Part shown: piece by piece, positions 38,001-50,200 of the stretch
Position numbering within the stretch: the stretch's first letter is position 1
Layout of the letters: every line of letters starts with the position of its first letter
Assembly: GCF_021869535.1 (NCBI RefSeq)
Contig: NW_026262701.1
Coordinates: 102,796,001 to 102,860,000 of the forward strand
Direction of reading: 5' to 3'
From: Mytilus californianus
Lineage: Eukaryota
DNA length: 64,000 nucleotides
Translations under genes and position numbers: made by a program
The notes under the pieces: model-generated
What the model saw: only the letters and a program-made list of their open reading frames with translations
Databases searched by the model: none
What the model was told of the DNA's origin: nothing

Positions 38001-41000
38001 ATAAGGTATTACTATTTGAATTGTTTCACATTTGTCATTCATGTCGGGGCATTTTATAGCTGACTATAGGTATAGGGTTTTCTCATTGTTTTGAATAAAA
38101 TCCAATGATTGCTCCTATTTATTGAAAGGAGCTCAAAGAACATTCTTTGTTGATTTCAAATTGTCTCAAAAGACAGTATCCAGAGCAAAAGGACATGGTT
38201 CACTTTAGGCCAAATATGACCTTGAAATTCCACTTTATCATAAAATATCAAAATGGACATAATTTGGTTCTTAAATGGATCTATTTCAAAAGCCTTACTA
38301 CAAGTTTAAACAAATCTCTTCTATAGAGTACATTCTGTGCTTCAAAGGCAGCATATTTTGGATAAATTGTCAAAAAAAGATGATTTTGTGCATTTTTGGA
38401 CCTACTTTCTTGATCAGGGGTGGCGGCCAAAGTAAATTACGTTAAAACTGTTTAGAATTACTGATAATTTGACCAAAACTGACATTACAACACAAATAGT
38501 GCATACTTTAGCGGTAATTTCTTTGTCATTTTTTAATGTGATGTGCCAAAAAGGAGTTATTTTGTATTAATAGTTATATCACAAGTATTTCTATGTGAAA
38601 TTTGTAGTATTTTGGTCTATTTAAAAAGAAACATGAAATTGTTAGGGCTAATTTTAACCCTTCATGAACTTACTCCTTTGGAAAATATTTTTTTTCTACA
38701 TTTTTGTCGAGCCTGCGACTTTTGTTCCAGAAAGCACGACATAGGGATAGTGATCCGGCTACGGCGGCGGCGGCGTTAGCTAACTTTTTAAAAGCTTTAT
38801 ATTTTAGAAGCTAGAAGACCTGGATGCTTCATACTTTGTATATAGATGCCTTATGTTACGAAGTTTCCGTCTGTCATATGTCCATTGTCCTTGATCTCAT
38901 TTTCATAGTTCAGTGACCACTTGAAAAAAAAGTCAACATTTTTTGTGATGTTAATTTCTTTCTTATTATGAGTAATAGGATAACTATATTTAGTATGTGC
39001 ATACCTTGCAAGGTCCTCATGCCTGTCAGACAATTTTCATTTGACATCGACCTCATTTCATGGATCAGTGAACAAGGTTAAGTTTTCGTGGTCAAGTCCA
39101 TATATCAGATACTATAAGCAGTAGGTCTACTATATTTGATATTTGGAATGATTGTAAGGTGTAGATGTCCAACTGGTAGGTGTCATCTGACCTTGACCTC
39201 ATTTTCATGGTTCAGTGGTCAAAGTTAAGTTTTTGAGTTTTGGTCTTTTTTTCTAATACTATATGCAATAGGTCAACTATATTTGGTGTATGGAATTATT
39301 TTATGATGTACATGTCAGTCTCGCAGGTTTTATTTGACCTTGACCTCATTTTCACGGTTCATTTCTCAGTGTTAAGTTTTTATGTTTTGGTCTGTTTTTC
39401 TTCAACTATAAGCAGTAGATCAACTGTATTTGTTGTATGGAAGGATTGTAAGGTGTATATGTCTGTCTGGCAGGTATCATCTGACCTCAACCTCATTTTC
39501 ACGGTTCATTTCTCAGTGTTAAGTTTTTGTGTTTTGGTCTGTTTTTCTTAAACTATAAGCAATTGATCAACTGTATTTGTTGTATGGAAGGATTGTAAGG
39601 TGTATATGTCTGTCTGGCAAGTATCATCTGACCTTGACCTCATTTTCATGGTTCATTGGTCGATGTTAAGTTTTCATGGTTAAGTTTGTTTCTTAGATAC
39701 TATAAGCAATAGGTCAACTATATTTAATGCATAAATTAATTGTAAGGTGTACATGTCTGTCTGGCATGGTTCATCTGACCTTGACCTCATTTTCACGGTT
39801 CATTGGTCAATGTTAAGTTTTCTTGGTTAAGACTGTTTCTTAGAAACTATAAGCAATAGGTCAACTATGTTTGGTTTATTGGATGATTGTAAGGTGTACA
39901 TGTATTTCTCTATTGGTTTATCTGACCTTGACCTCATTTACTTGGATCATGTTAAGTTTATGTGTTACTTGCAGTAAAGCTTCATATTTAGGACTATCAA
40001 CATAAAATCAATGGTTAGTAAAGAAGGCGAGGCATTTCAGCGTGTGCACTCTTGTTTCAGTATTTTACTGGTAAATGGATTATGTTTTTTTCACAGTGAA
40101 TATTATAATACTGTCTATGGTTAAAGTTTTTCAGACAGCAATAACTTTGTCAAACCTTCATTGAATTTTGCAAAACTTTGACAGATGCTTCTTCATGATC
40201 AATGACAGTATCCAGAGCAAAATTTTGCAAACATTTTTTTCATTTTTCCATTTCACTGATAAAAGGTCTTAGTTTTTTTTGCAGTTAACATTTTGACACA
40301 GTTTGGGGTTAAAGTTTTTTAAACATCAGTAACTTCGAAGTTTATGAAACTTTGGCAGAAGCTTTGTTATGATTATGAGATTATGTCTGATGCTCAATTT
40401 TGAAAATATTTTTATTCCTTTTTCCATTTTTGACTAATAAATGGACTTTTTTTGCGGGGCCTTGGTGACCAAGTCATCTAAATTGTCCAACAATTACACC
40501 TCTAGCCTGTCAATACTGAGGTTATATGTTTAAACCATGCATGTGGCAGGTGCATTCGGCTCCAATCTTAATTTACTAGGATTGTCAGTTTTCCTGCCCA
40601 AGATGGATGATTCTCTTTGGCTTCCTCCACCAATAAAAACTGACCGCCACGAAATAGCTAACAGTGCTAAAAATGGCGTTAAACACCAATCAATTAATCA
40701 ATCAATATTTTTTTTTTGCAGTTGACATTCACATACAGTCTCAAATTTTTAGAACATCAATAACTTTGTAAAACCTTCAAGAATGTTATGAAACTTGAAC
40801 AAAAGCTTCTTCAAGATCAAGAAATAGCATCTGAAGAAGAAAGTTTGATTTTTGTAAAAACAATTATGTATTTTACTAATTAATGGACTTAAATTTTTGG
40901 CAGTCATCATTACACATTTATGCTGACAGCAGCAATATGAGTCTAGACACAGGGTTTGCAGAACCCTTTACAAATTTTTTCATCACATAAGCTATGAATT

Positions 41001-42177
41001 TTATGGTTTAGTTTTATTGTTGTAGGCTTATGAGCAAGTAGAGACGGTGAAAGCTCAGGTTTTACAAGAACAACAGATTCGTAGTGTGACAGAGACGTGT
41101 TTAACTGAAGAAAGAGCTGTCTGGCATCATGTTCAGAGACTTATAGTAGATACTCGCAAAAAATGTGAAGAAATGAAAGAGTCTTTACGGAAATTAAAGT
41201 AGGTTACAGATAAAGATATCAGATCTCCTTGTTTGTTTGAAGTTTTCAAATTGTAGCTTGAAGTAAGAGTATCTCACACTGAATTGAAATCTCAAAACAA
41301 TTTGTTCTATTTGGCAATAGTCTTTCAAAGGGCTAAATGCTCTTTATGTGATATTTTATTTATATAAAGAACTGATTGTTTACACCAAAAAAGTGCCATT
41401 GTCTTTTAAAATTATGATGTATAAAACATTGACTGTTTAAACAATAAAGGGTCATTATCCAGTGTTCTAGCTAGGCTTTCAGGGCAGAGGGGTACAGTTT
41501 TAAGATGAAGGGCATGTAAGTGTGGTTTCTTGTCTAAAAATGGACAACTTGATCATGCTCAATGATAAAAAAAAATTGAAATAATTGAATAAATTGAACC
41601 AAATTTTCACAGTACTTGGTGGTTTGAAAAAACTTTTCATGTAAAACTATTTTCTTGCATTGAAAAGTAATTGTTTTCCTTCAGAAACAGATTTATGAAT
41701 GAATAAAGATTTATTACATATAAGAATTAAATTGTAGAATGTGAAAATTACTGTTTTTATTATAAAAAGAGAAAAGTTTAGAATAATTATTACAAAGTAA
41801 CATGGACCCAAAAAATGTACAAATTTAATTATGATTTAAAATTTTAAATTCATTTGAATAGATGCTATACTCCTTCTTTCAGACATATTCAATGTGATAT
41901 AAAAGCCAAACTTTTACCTGATTGGAGGGATGACAAGAAATCTCAACAATTAGTGAAAAGTGATATAAATTCTAGTGACCAAAGTGCAATAAGAGACAAC
42001 ATTTCATTGGATGACAGAAGTAGAACTTCAACCAATGACAGGGCAAATACTGAACTGTTGATAAAGAAAACAGAACAGTATACTAAAGAACTTCAAAAAT
42101 GTATATCATCAGTTACCATGACAACAGATAGATTACTTGGAAGAACTTCACAAAATAGGGATGGAGGATATACATGA
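17052..42177 (+). CDS. ANKS3: Ankyrin repeat and SAM domain-containing protein 3, 12 coding exons, 789 aa
   Basis: Exons 17052-17230, 19691-19886, 22547-22668, 24854-24935, 25657-25789, 28905-29066, 29674-29805, 31534-32114, 32667-32815, 37861-38005, 41026-41198, 41862-42177. All GT-AG, phases consistent, 2370 nt. Motifs LLERSLSVWHG, PLDLHTASSIG, GWTPLMYACYIGH, GQTPLMLAASCGNESVAYF, DLSSSDD, RDVTSPIN, SAM (LLEQLSLTKYLPVFEEQEI...LKEIGIQLFGPRKKLTNAIARWH) and AYADRLEGQLQEMAVQLHK match vertebrate ANKS3 as recalled. Confidence 0.95.
17160..17853 (+). repeat. Tandem array A: about 10 copies of a 77-bp unit (71 bp exon 1 end + 6 bp donor)
   Basis: Unit starts at 17160, 17237, 17300, 17363, 17440, 17518, 17603, 17679, 17756, 17833; two short 63-bp copies lack the donor. 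Confidence 0.95.
17865..18132 (+). mobile_element. HINE-like 3' fragment
   Basis: Carries units like those at 18560-19200 and ends caggtgagcgatataggatccttggaccttctagttt. Confidence 0.5.
18185..19200 (+). mobile_element. HINE-like element with degenerate internal tandem repeats
   Basis: Start ttttagctctcctggcccaaaaggccaag; recurring ttatcttgaaaactataatagatagatagaaac...gagttattgcc units. Confidence 0.6.
20128..20405 (+). mobile_element. Short HINE-like (non-autonomous Helentron) element
   Basis: 5' ttttatgcccc..ggggcat inverted pair, (tccg/gtcc)n tract, 3' ggggcat subterminal repeat, tgtg..acaca palindrome, ends ttcttgtttt. Confidence 0.7.
20591..21775 (+). mobile_element. HINE-like element without central array (sibling of 34151-37822)
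   Basis: 5' ttttatacgaccgca...gtcgtata, (gtc)n microsatellite, 3' tgcgttcgtatccagctg.gctcagcgaagca. Confidence 0.75.
21980..22247 (+). mobile_element. tRNA-derived SINE (V-domain-like core) with 14-bp TSD
   Basis: A box TGGCCGAGTGG 21992-22002, B box GTTCGAATCC 22053-22062, core gtggttttctccgggcattccggcttcctcc, A-rich tail, TSD AATATATCCACATA at 21966-21979 and 22248-22261. Confidence 0.85.
22641..24588 (+). repeat. Tandem array B: about 37 copies of a 52-bp unit (28 bp exon 3 end + 24 bp intron start)
   Basis: Unit tagaacaaggagctcatatcaatgctgt|gtaagtgtaggctgttacttctcc; first copy is the real exon end. Confidence 0.97.
25759..26665 (+). repeat. Tandem array C: about 19 copies of a 48-bp unit (31 bp exon 5 end + donor)
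   Basis: Unit tgtcctggggtttcacttcgttcagagacag|gtaggtagacaatgcta derived from cgtcctggagtttcattacgttcagagccag|gtaggt. Confidence 0.95.
26778..28400 (+). mobile_element. HINE-like element with (att)n(tct)n microsatellite and central 134-bp array in 268-bp dimers
   Basis: Subterminal IRs aagtttcccaaacgaag / cttcgtttgggagactt, 3' palindrome gtaacag-catc-ctgttac, dimer starts at 27184, 27452, 27720, 27988. Confidence 0.85.
29360..29512. mobile_element. Small MITE-like element with CAGGG ends
   Basis: cagggaataagactaaca / gctaatctttttccctg inverted ends, flanked by ttcag on both sides. Confidence 0.45.
29753..31113 (+). repeat. Tandem array D: 15 full + 1 partial copies of an 86/89-bp unit (exon 7 end + 36 bp intron start)
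   Basis: Unit aacttc(acc)tattaacatgcaagattatgctctagatagttctggtggtagag|gtaagattcatataatgtttttatgaaagcaggatt; copies almost identical. Confidence 0.97.
32818..33350 (+). repeat. Tandem array E: 6 full + 1 partial copies of an 80/83-bp unit starting at +3 of intron 9
   Basis: Unit starts 32818, 32898, 32981, 33061, 33144, 33227, 33307 (aagtataaacaa.ggaagacatgttacctgtcaggtgcacttgaac...). Confidence 0.93.
34151..37822 (+). mobile_element. HINE-like element with expanded central 126/136-bp array (about 35230-37620)
   Basis: Same termini and (gtc)n tract as 20591-21775; array with recurring ggttctttgatatgctgaatctaa; about 921-bp block duplicated (36035 vs 36956). Confidence 0.85.
38701..40056 (+). 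mobile_element. HINE-like element with about 147-bp central repeats
   Basis: Start tttttgtcgagcctgcgac, (ggc)n tract, repeated tgaccttgacctcattttc, end aaggcgaggcatttcagcgtgtgcactcttgttt. Confidence 0.8.
40458..40705 (+). mobile_element. Decayed copy of the 21980-22247 SINE family
   Basis: Shares ggcaggtgca.tcg.ctccaatcttaatt.actaggattgtcagttttcct and cttcctccaccaataaaaactg.ccgcca; (caat)n tail. Confidence 0.7.
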
Positions 42178-42515
42178 CATATCCCCATATGTTTAAAGGG
42201 TAATTAGACATCTTAAGAGAGGGGGTTCTGTTTAATCTCTGTCTTTTTATGTCTTTGTATCTGTCTTCATTACCTACTTTCTTTCTCATTTTTGTTATCT
42301 TGTACATCACATTTTGATGACCTTACGTATATCAGCTTATGTATCTAGGTTAAGTGTACTGTGTAGTGAGAGGTAAATGATATATCGTTAAACAGTTGTA
42401 TCCATCATAGTTATACAGGTTATGTGTAATTTGTTTTTAAGTAGGAGCCACTTACAATGGGTATTATTCCTTAAATATTTGGAATAGTGTTTCATTTAAT
42501 ACATTAGGTGTTCCC

Positions 42516-43275
42516 ATTTTTATGCCCCCGCCGTAGCGGAGGGGGTATTAAGTTTTACCCTTGTCCGTCTGTACGTACGTCAGTCTGTACGTCCCAAAAT
42601 TGGTTTCCGTTCTCTAACTTGAGTTTGCCTCAACCAAATGTTATGAACATATACACAATGCTTATTACCACAAAACACAGATCAAGTGTGAATTTTGGTG
42701 GCGTCACTTTAACCGTTCTAGAGTTATGCCTCTTTATAAATGGAAAAATTGCAAAATTTTTAGTTTCCGTTCTCTAACTTAAGTTTGCCTCAACCAAATG
42801 TTATGAAACTTATACACAATGCTTATTACCACAAAACACAGATCAGGTTTGAATTTTGGTGGCGTCACTTAACCTGTTCTAGAGTTATGCCCCTTTATAA
42901 TGGAAAAATTACTAAATTTTTAGTTTCTGTTCTCTAACTTAAGTTTGCCTCAACCAAATGTTATGAAACTTATACACAATGCTTATTATCACAAAATACA
43001 GATCAAGGGTAAATTTTGGTGGCGTCACTCAAACCTTTCTACAGTAATGCCCCTTTATAAATGGGAAAATTGCAAAACTTTTAGTTTCCGTTCTCTAACT
43101 TAAGTTTGCCCCAACCAAATGTTATGAAACTTATACACAATGCTTATTACCACAAAACACAGATCAAGTTCAAATTTGGGTAGCGTCACTTTTACCGTTC
43201 TTCAGTTATGTCCCTTTATAACTATATGATTTTAAAGCGGGGGCATCATCTGTGTCCACATGTGGACACAATCCA
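42516..43275 (+). mobile_element. HINE-like element with four 160-bp central repeats
   Basis: Start tttttatgcccccgccgtagcggaggggg; units at 42604, 42764, 42924, 43085; end gcgggggcatcatctgtgtcc..ggacaca. Confidence 0.8.
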
Positions 43276-46264
43276 CATTTATTATTAATGCTGCAATGTC
43301 ACAGCCACTCAATCCTGCTTTATTTTACTCTAAACTTTTATGTTCTGAAATAGATCACATATTAATTTTCTGATAAGGTCTGTTGAAGAAAAGTTTTTAT
43401 GATAGGATGCTGATATTTGGAAACTTTTTGCAAGATGATGCCTTATCATTTCTAAGTAGACGAAAAGTCCTAATCACAAGTCATATTTAAGTGTTTTCAA
43501 ATAAATAGTACTATGTGAATTGAAAAATGTACTTTGCAAGGGATTTGCATCCTGCATATATGCACATACTCTCATAGACAATTTGTTGTTTTAAGATTTT
43601 GTAGACGAAAAGGCAAGATAAACCTGTGTTAGTAATACATAACACTGACATAAATGAAATTTTTATATATACCCATTTATTGCTTTTTTAAGGGTTTTTT
43701 TATACTTTTTTTACAGAATAATCAAAATGGTTGTCAGGTGATTATTTTCTAACCCTCTCAATGTTGTTGTTGTATAATGCTCACCTTAAATGTTGGAGGT
43801 TGTGGGTCAAACTAATAAGGACTTGGTATTCTTTATTCATTTGATATTTGCTGCTTTACATTTAAACACACTGTTAGATTTAAAAAAAGTTCCAATATGT
43901 CATTCCAGAGTTATGGAACTTTGACGGTCAAATAAATAAAAGGCATTTATTAAATATCACGCAATAGCTCTTGTATGCTTGGATCAAATTACTACATATG
44001 TAATGAAGTCAGTAAATGGATAAATGAATTTTATTATGTAATTACAAAGTCAAGAATGTTTCTAAAGTTCAAATGTTCAAATGTTCACAAATTGTCTCCA
44101 AAGTTAAAATGTTCGAAAGTTCAATAAATTGTCATACTGACATGTGATCGTATAGTGGTATAACTGTTCAGTCCTGATGGAGTACATTCGGATATTAAGT
44201 GCATTAGTTCCAGCCTACCCACGAGGGGGAAGACTTGATGGAATCTGCAGTTTTAGTCCAAAGCTGGATCTAATATAGTTCAGAGGGTCATCAATCAGCT
44301 TTCAACAATAGCCCATAACTGTCGGTAGTTTATAGAGTAGTCTAGCTATTAAATAATACATGTACTAGGTCAAGCCGTGGACAATGCTATTAACATCTGC
44401 ACAATGCAATTAATGTCTGCAGAATACATGTACAATACATGTCTGCGAGGTACATGTACTTGTATCAATTATGTTAGACTGGAATACACCTTGTTTAATA
44501 TTGTACTCCCCCCAATTGTGTAACACAAACGTAATACTGTTGGTTAGGATTGATAAATGTAGACTCGCTTTTGATTTTGAAATTTTCTGGTTTGTCGTTC
44601 CAGAGTTATGGGACTTTTAACAGTCATATTTGATGCAATATTTATATGCCTAAGAGTATCCTCATGCATATTTTTCTACAGAGCCGTTTTATTGCTTCTG
44701 GTTAAATGCCTTCTTAATATCCCATTTTGTTCTTGCAACAATTTCATTATGTACAATAAGGAAGCATCATGGGATGTTGGTGTAGCTGCTTATTATTTGT
44801 GGTTAATGTTTCCAGGTGTGTTACATACCATAGACAATACATTTTTTGAGGAAAAAGTTGTTGAAAAATAAGAAAAAACTCTTGCAATTAGATATTATCT
44901 ATCAGGTAATGTGTTTTGAACATATTTCTGTTTTTGAGTGCAATTATTGCATAGTATTGATCTGTGTTGATTCCATATAAAACTGATTGGCTGTTGTAAC
45001 AAGAGTCTTTGTAAACATTGACACTAAAATAGCAGATGAGATAAATTTTTATCTTTATCACAAAGTCCAATATACTTTATACATTCTTGCAAGTTGTCAT
45101 ATCTCAGAGCAATTTTCTTTTCTTTTTTACATTTTTGATTTAACCTATATCAATTTGGTAACTCTTAGATTGAATTGTCTGCTTGCAAGAAAAATTAAAT
45201 GACATAGGCCCATTTTTATCATCACATGTTAAACTAGCCGTCCATCTTGTTTTGTTATCTTATTTACTTTTTAGTATTATATCTTTTATATATTTTAATA
45301 TTACAGTTTAATGGGTTTAAAAATCCATTGTTAGAAAAAAAGAATGCATGACTTTTTTCACTGAAGAAAATTTTTTGAAGATACACATTTTATTACATGT
45401 ATCTCATTTTCAACTCTTCAATCATGCTTCACTGTATATGAAGCAAATACCTTGTTAAATGTTGAATTTTATTATCAAGTTAGTTTTTGTTGACTAACTG
45501 AGGGATATCCACTGCTAAATATGTGTAATCCTATGGCTGTGTATCTACAAATGGTATTTCATTTGCTTCAAAGAGGGCAAGACATAATCTATCTGTTAAC
45601 AGTTTTAGAAGCTTTTATTATTTATACATGTTTTATTAGATTGAAAATTATTTTCATCTTTATCAATATACTATTCTAATGTTGTGAATATATTTAAAGA
45701 TACTAGAAGTAATCATTTTGTGCAAATTGCAATACGGCATAATTTTTAATTCAGCAGTTTCAGTCTTCAGAAAACCGCATTTTAATCTCTTGCAAAGAAA
45801 TTTGTTTTAATTCAAAAAAAAATAATGTAAACAGTTATTACCCTTAACATTACACTCTAAAAATATATATATATATTATTAATTCGTATTTTTTAACTAA
45901 TTTGATTCGTTTAGAGATAGTCACATGATAAACTATATTTTCGAAGGTAGAGAGAAAACGGCGGATAGCAAAAAGCATATTGCACAGCAAAAAGCATATT
46001 GCACGGTTATTTTTAGAATATCTAAAAACCGATATACTTTGTGACGTCATGTAATGAATTTCATGATATTGTTAAAAGTTTTATAAAAAAAATATCTATG
46101 ATCGATTATTTGAAGAAAAAAAATCTTCATATACATAAGATGTAAAAAGGTAAATGAAATAACAACTTATATGTTATTGTCTAGGAGACAATATGATATC
46201 TATAAAATTCCAACAAAATCAAAAAATCAAATCAGGATTTTGATACAAATATGGTCGGAAATTA

Positions 46265-46420
46265 ATAATATAACAATTATAGCCTATTGATGAGGTCAAT
46301 ACAGGATATATCGACCCAAAGAAGTATATCGACCTCGGACTTCGTCCTCAGTCAATATACTTCTTTCAGGTCAATATATCCTTGTATCGACCTCATACAA
46401 AGGCTATAATTGTATAATAT
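46265..46420. mobile_element. Fold-back (palindromic) MITE
   Basis: About 70-bp imperfect arms (acaattatagcc..tgaggtc.atac.ggatatat.gacc.aaagaagtatat.gac) around a short central loop. Confidence 0.7.
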
Positions 46421-47289
46421 ATATAACCTACATGCAATAAAACACTTAATAATTTTTTTGTTAATCATGTAATTAAATGCTCCAATTAGACCATGACATC
46501 TTTTTGTATTGTAACCTTGCCAGACTATAGTACACAGAATACACAAACAGAATATGTTTTTTGTATGATGCATTTTTAAACCAGTGTTCCTGTTAATGTG
46601 TTATTGTTTATTATGTAGAATGTTGAATAAAAAGATTAGTGAAAAAACAATTTTTGAAACCATTGTTTAATTTAATGCATTTTTACCAACTGAAACAGAA
46701 TTTAGGAACATATTACTAGTGGTAAGTTCCCTGTTCATGCTTGTGGCAGTATCACCTTCAGATCTTTTGACCATCCTCTCATATATTTTGTATTCTGTTT
46801 GATCATTATTTGGAAACTGATCAAAAAGGATTGATAGTCCATAAGACTTTCATAATGAAATTTTCAGGAAGTCATATGTACCAATAACATTTGGGAAAAT
46901 GTTTCAGCTCACCTGGCCCTATTAGGGAAAGGTAGAAAATTTAAACAGGAAAAATTATCAACAATACAAAAATTTATAATTATATTATTGTGAGGTGAGA
47001 TATTCATGCTCTTAGGAGCCTCTTGTTTTTAAAATACCTCAACAGATAATTTTATATTGAATATTTATAATACAATCACACTTTTTATATACAATATTCT
47101 AGAAGTTATTTTACAAATACTGAGAAAAATCCTATGCCATCCCCTCCCCATCTTTGCCAGAAGAACAGTTGTTACCTTACTTTGAGAGTAGGAGAGGTTT
47201 TTTCCATCCCCAGCTGACTCAAACAAAATTCGTATTTGTACTTCATTGTCAGGTACACAGCATTAAGGAGTGAGAGCAAAGACTGGTTG

Positions 47290-50200
47290 ACTCAAAGACA
47301 AGAATGATGTGTCTTGTTAGGGTGACAGCTCTTCCTGCATACTGTTAAACAAGTTTGTTAAAGATCTGGCTCATTGTGAAGGGTTGTCTCAAAAACAAGA
47401 ATAATGTGTCTTGGTGAAGTGACAGCTCTTCCTGCATACTGTTAAACAAGTTTGTTAAAGATCTGACTCATTGTGAAGGGTTGGCTCAAAGACAAGAATA
47501 ATGTGTCTTGGTGGTGTGACAGCTCTTCCTGCATACTGTTAAACAAGTTTGTTAAAGATCTGACTCATTGTGAAGGGTTGGCTCAAAGACAAGTATAATG
47601 TGTCTTGGTGGTGTGACAGCTCTTCCTGCATACTGTTAAACAAGTTTGTTAAAGATCTGGATCATTGTGAAGGGTTGGCTCAAAGACAAGAATAATGTGT
47701 CTTGGTGGGGTGACAGCTCTTCCTGCATACAGTTAAACAAGTTTGTTAAAGATCGGCTCATTGTGAAGGGTTGGCTCAAAGACAAGAATAATGTGTCTTG
47801 GTGGAGTGACAGTTCTTCCTGCATACTGTTAAACAAGTTTGTTAAAGATCTGGCTCATTGTGAAGGGTTGGCTCAAAGACAAGAATAATGTGTCTTGGTG
47901 GTGTGACAGCTCTTGCTGCATACTGTTAAACAAGTTTGTTAAAGATCTGGCTCATTGTGAAGGGTTGGCTCAAAGACAAGAATAATGTGTCTTGGTGGTG
48001 TGACAGCTCTTGCTGCGTACTCTTAAACAAGTTTGTTAAAGATCTGGCTCATTGTGAAGGGTTGTCTCAAAAACAAGAATAATGTGTCTTGGTGGTGTGA
48101 CAGCTCTTGCTGCATACTGTTAAACAAGTTTGTTAAAGATCTGGCTCATTGTGAAGGGTTGTCTCAAAAACAAGAATAATGTGTCTTGGTGAAGTGACAG
48201 CTCTTCCTGCATACTGTTAATCAAGTTTGTTAAAGATCTGACTCATTGTGAAGGGTTGGCTCAAAGACAAGAATAATGTGTCTTGGTGGTGTGACAGCTC
48301 TTCCTGCATACTGTTAAACAAGTTTGTTAAAGATCTGGATCATTGTGAAGGGTTGGCTCAAAGACAAGAATAATGTGTCTTGGTGGGGTGACAGCTCTTC
48401 CTGCATACAGTTAAACAAGTTTGTTAAAGATCGGCTCATTGTGAAGGGTTGGCTCAAAGACAAGAATAATGTGTCTTGGTGGAGTGACAGTTCTTCCTGC
48501 ATACTGTTAAACAAGTTTGTTAAAGATCTGGCTCATTGTGAAGGGTTGGCTCAAAGACAAGAATAATGTGTCTTGGTGGTGTGACAGCTCTTGCTGCATA
48601 CTGTTAAACAAGTTTGTTAAAGATCTGGCTCATTGTGAAGGGTTGTCTCAAAAACAAGAATAATGTGTCTTGGTGGGGTGACAGCTCTTCCTTCATATTG
48701 TTAAACAAGTTTGTTAAAGATCTGGCTCACTGTGACGGGTTGGCTCAAAGACGAGAATAATGTGTCTTGGTGAAGTGACAGCTCTTTCTGCATACTGTTA
48801 AACAAGTTTGTTAAAGATCTGGATCATTGTGAAGGGTTGGCTCAAAGACAAGAATAATGTGTCTTGGTGGGGTGACAGCTCTTCCTGCATACTGTTAATC
48901 AAGTTTGTTAAAGATCTGGCTCATTGTGAAGGGTTGGCTCAAAGACAAGAATAATGTGTCTTGGTGGGGTGACAGCTCTTCCTGCATACAGTTAAACAAG
49001 TTTGTTAAAGATCTGACTCATTGTGAAGGGTTGGCTCAAAGACAAGAATAATGTGTCTTGGTGGGTTGACAGCTCTTCCTGCATACTGTTAATCAAGTTT
49101 GTTAAAGATCTGGCTCATTGTGAAGGGTTGGCTCAAAGACAAGAATAATGTGTCTTGGTTGGGTGACAGCTCTTCCTGCATACTGTTAATCAAGTTTGTT
49201 AAAGATCTGACTCATTGTGAAGGGTTGGCTCAAAGACAAGAATAATGTGTCTTGGCGGGTTGACAGCTCTTCCTGCATACTGTTAATCAAGTTTGTTAAA
49301 GATCTGACTCATTGTGAAGGGTTGGCTCAAAGACAAGAATAATGTGTCTTGGTGGGTTGACAGCTCTTCCTGCATACTGTTAATCAAGTTTGTTAAAGAT
49401 CTGGCTCATTGTGAAGGGTTGGCTCAAAGACAAGAATAATGTGTCTTGGTGGGGTGACAGCTCTTCCTGCATACTGTTAATCAAGTTTGTTAAAGATCTG
49501 ACTCATTGTGAAGGGTTGGCTCAAAAACAAGAATAATGTGTCTTGGTGGGGTGACAGCTCTTCCTTCATACTGTTAAACAAGTTTGTTAAAGATCTGGAT
49601 CATTGTGAAGGGTTGGCTCAAAGACAAGAATAATGTGTCTTGGTGGTGTGACAACTCTTCCTGCATACTGTTAAACAAGTTTGATAAAGATCTGGCTCAT
49701 TGTGAAGGGTTGGCTCAAAGACAAGAATAATGTGTCTTGGTGGTGTGACAGCTCTTGCTGCATACTGTTAAACAAGTTTGTTAAAGATCTGGCTCATTGT
49801 GAAGGGTTGGCTCAAAGACAAGAATAATGTGTCTTGGTGGTGTGACAGCTCTTGTTGCGTACTCTTAAACAAGTTTGTTAAAGATCTGGCTCATTGTGAA
49901 GGGTTGTCTCAAAAACAAGAATAATGTGTCTTGGTGGGGTGACAGCTCTTCCTTCATATTGTTAAACAAGTTTGTTAAAGATCTGGCTCACTGTGACGGG
50001 TTGGCTCAAAGACGAGAATAATGTGTCTTGGTGAAGTGACAGCTCTTCCTGCATACTGTTAAACAAGTTTGTTAAAGATCTGGATCATTGTGAAGGGTTG
50101 GCTCAAAGACAAGAATAATGTGTCTTGGTGGGGTGACAGCTCTTCCTGCATACTGTTAATCAAGTTTGTTAAAGATCTGGCTCATTGTGAAGGGTTGGCT

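Noticed and set aside
44600-46900. Short open frames on both strands downstream of ANKS3
   Set aside because: All under about 90 aa, no coherent splice chain or recognisable domain.
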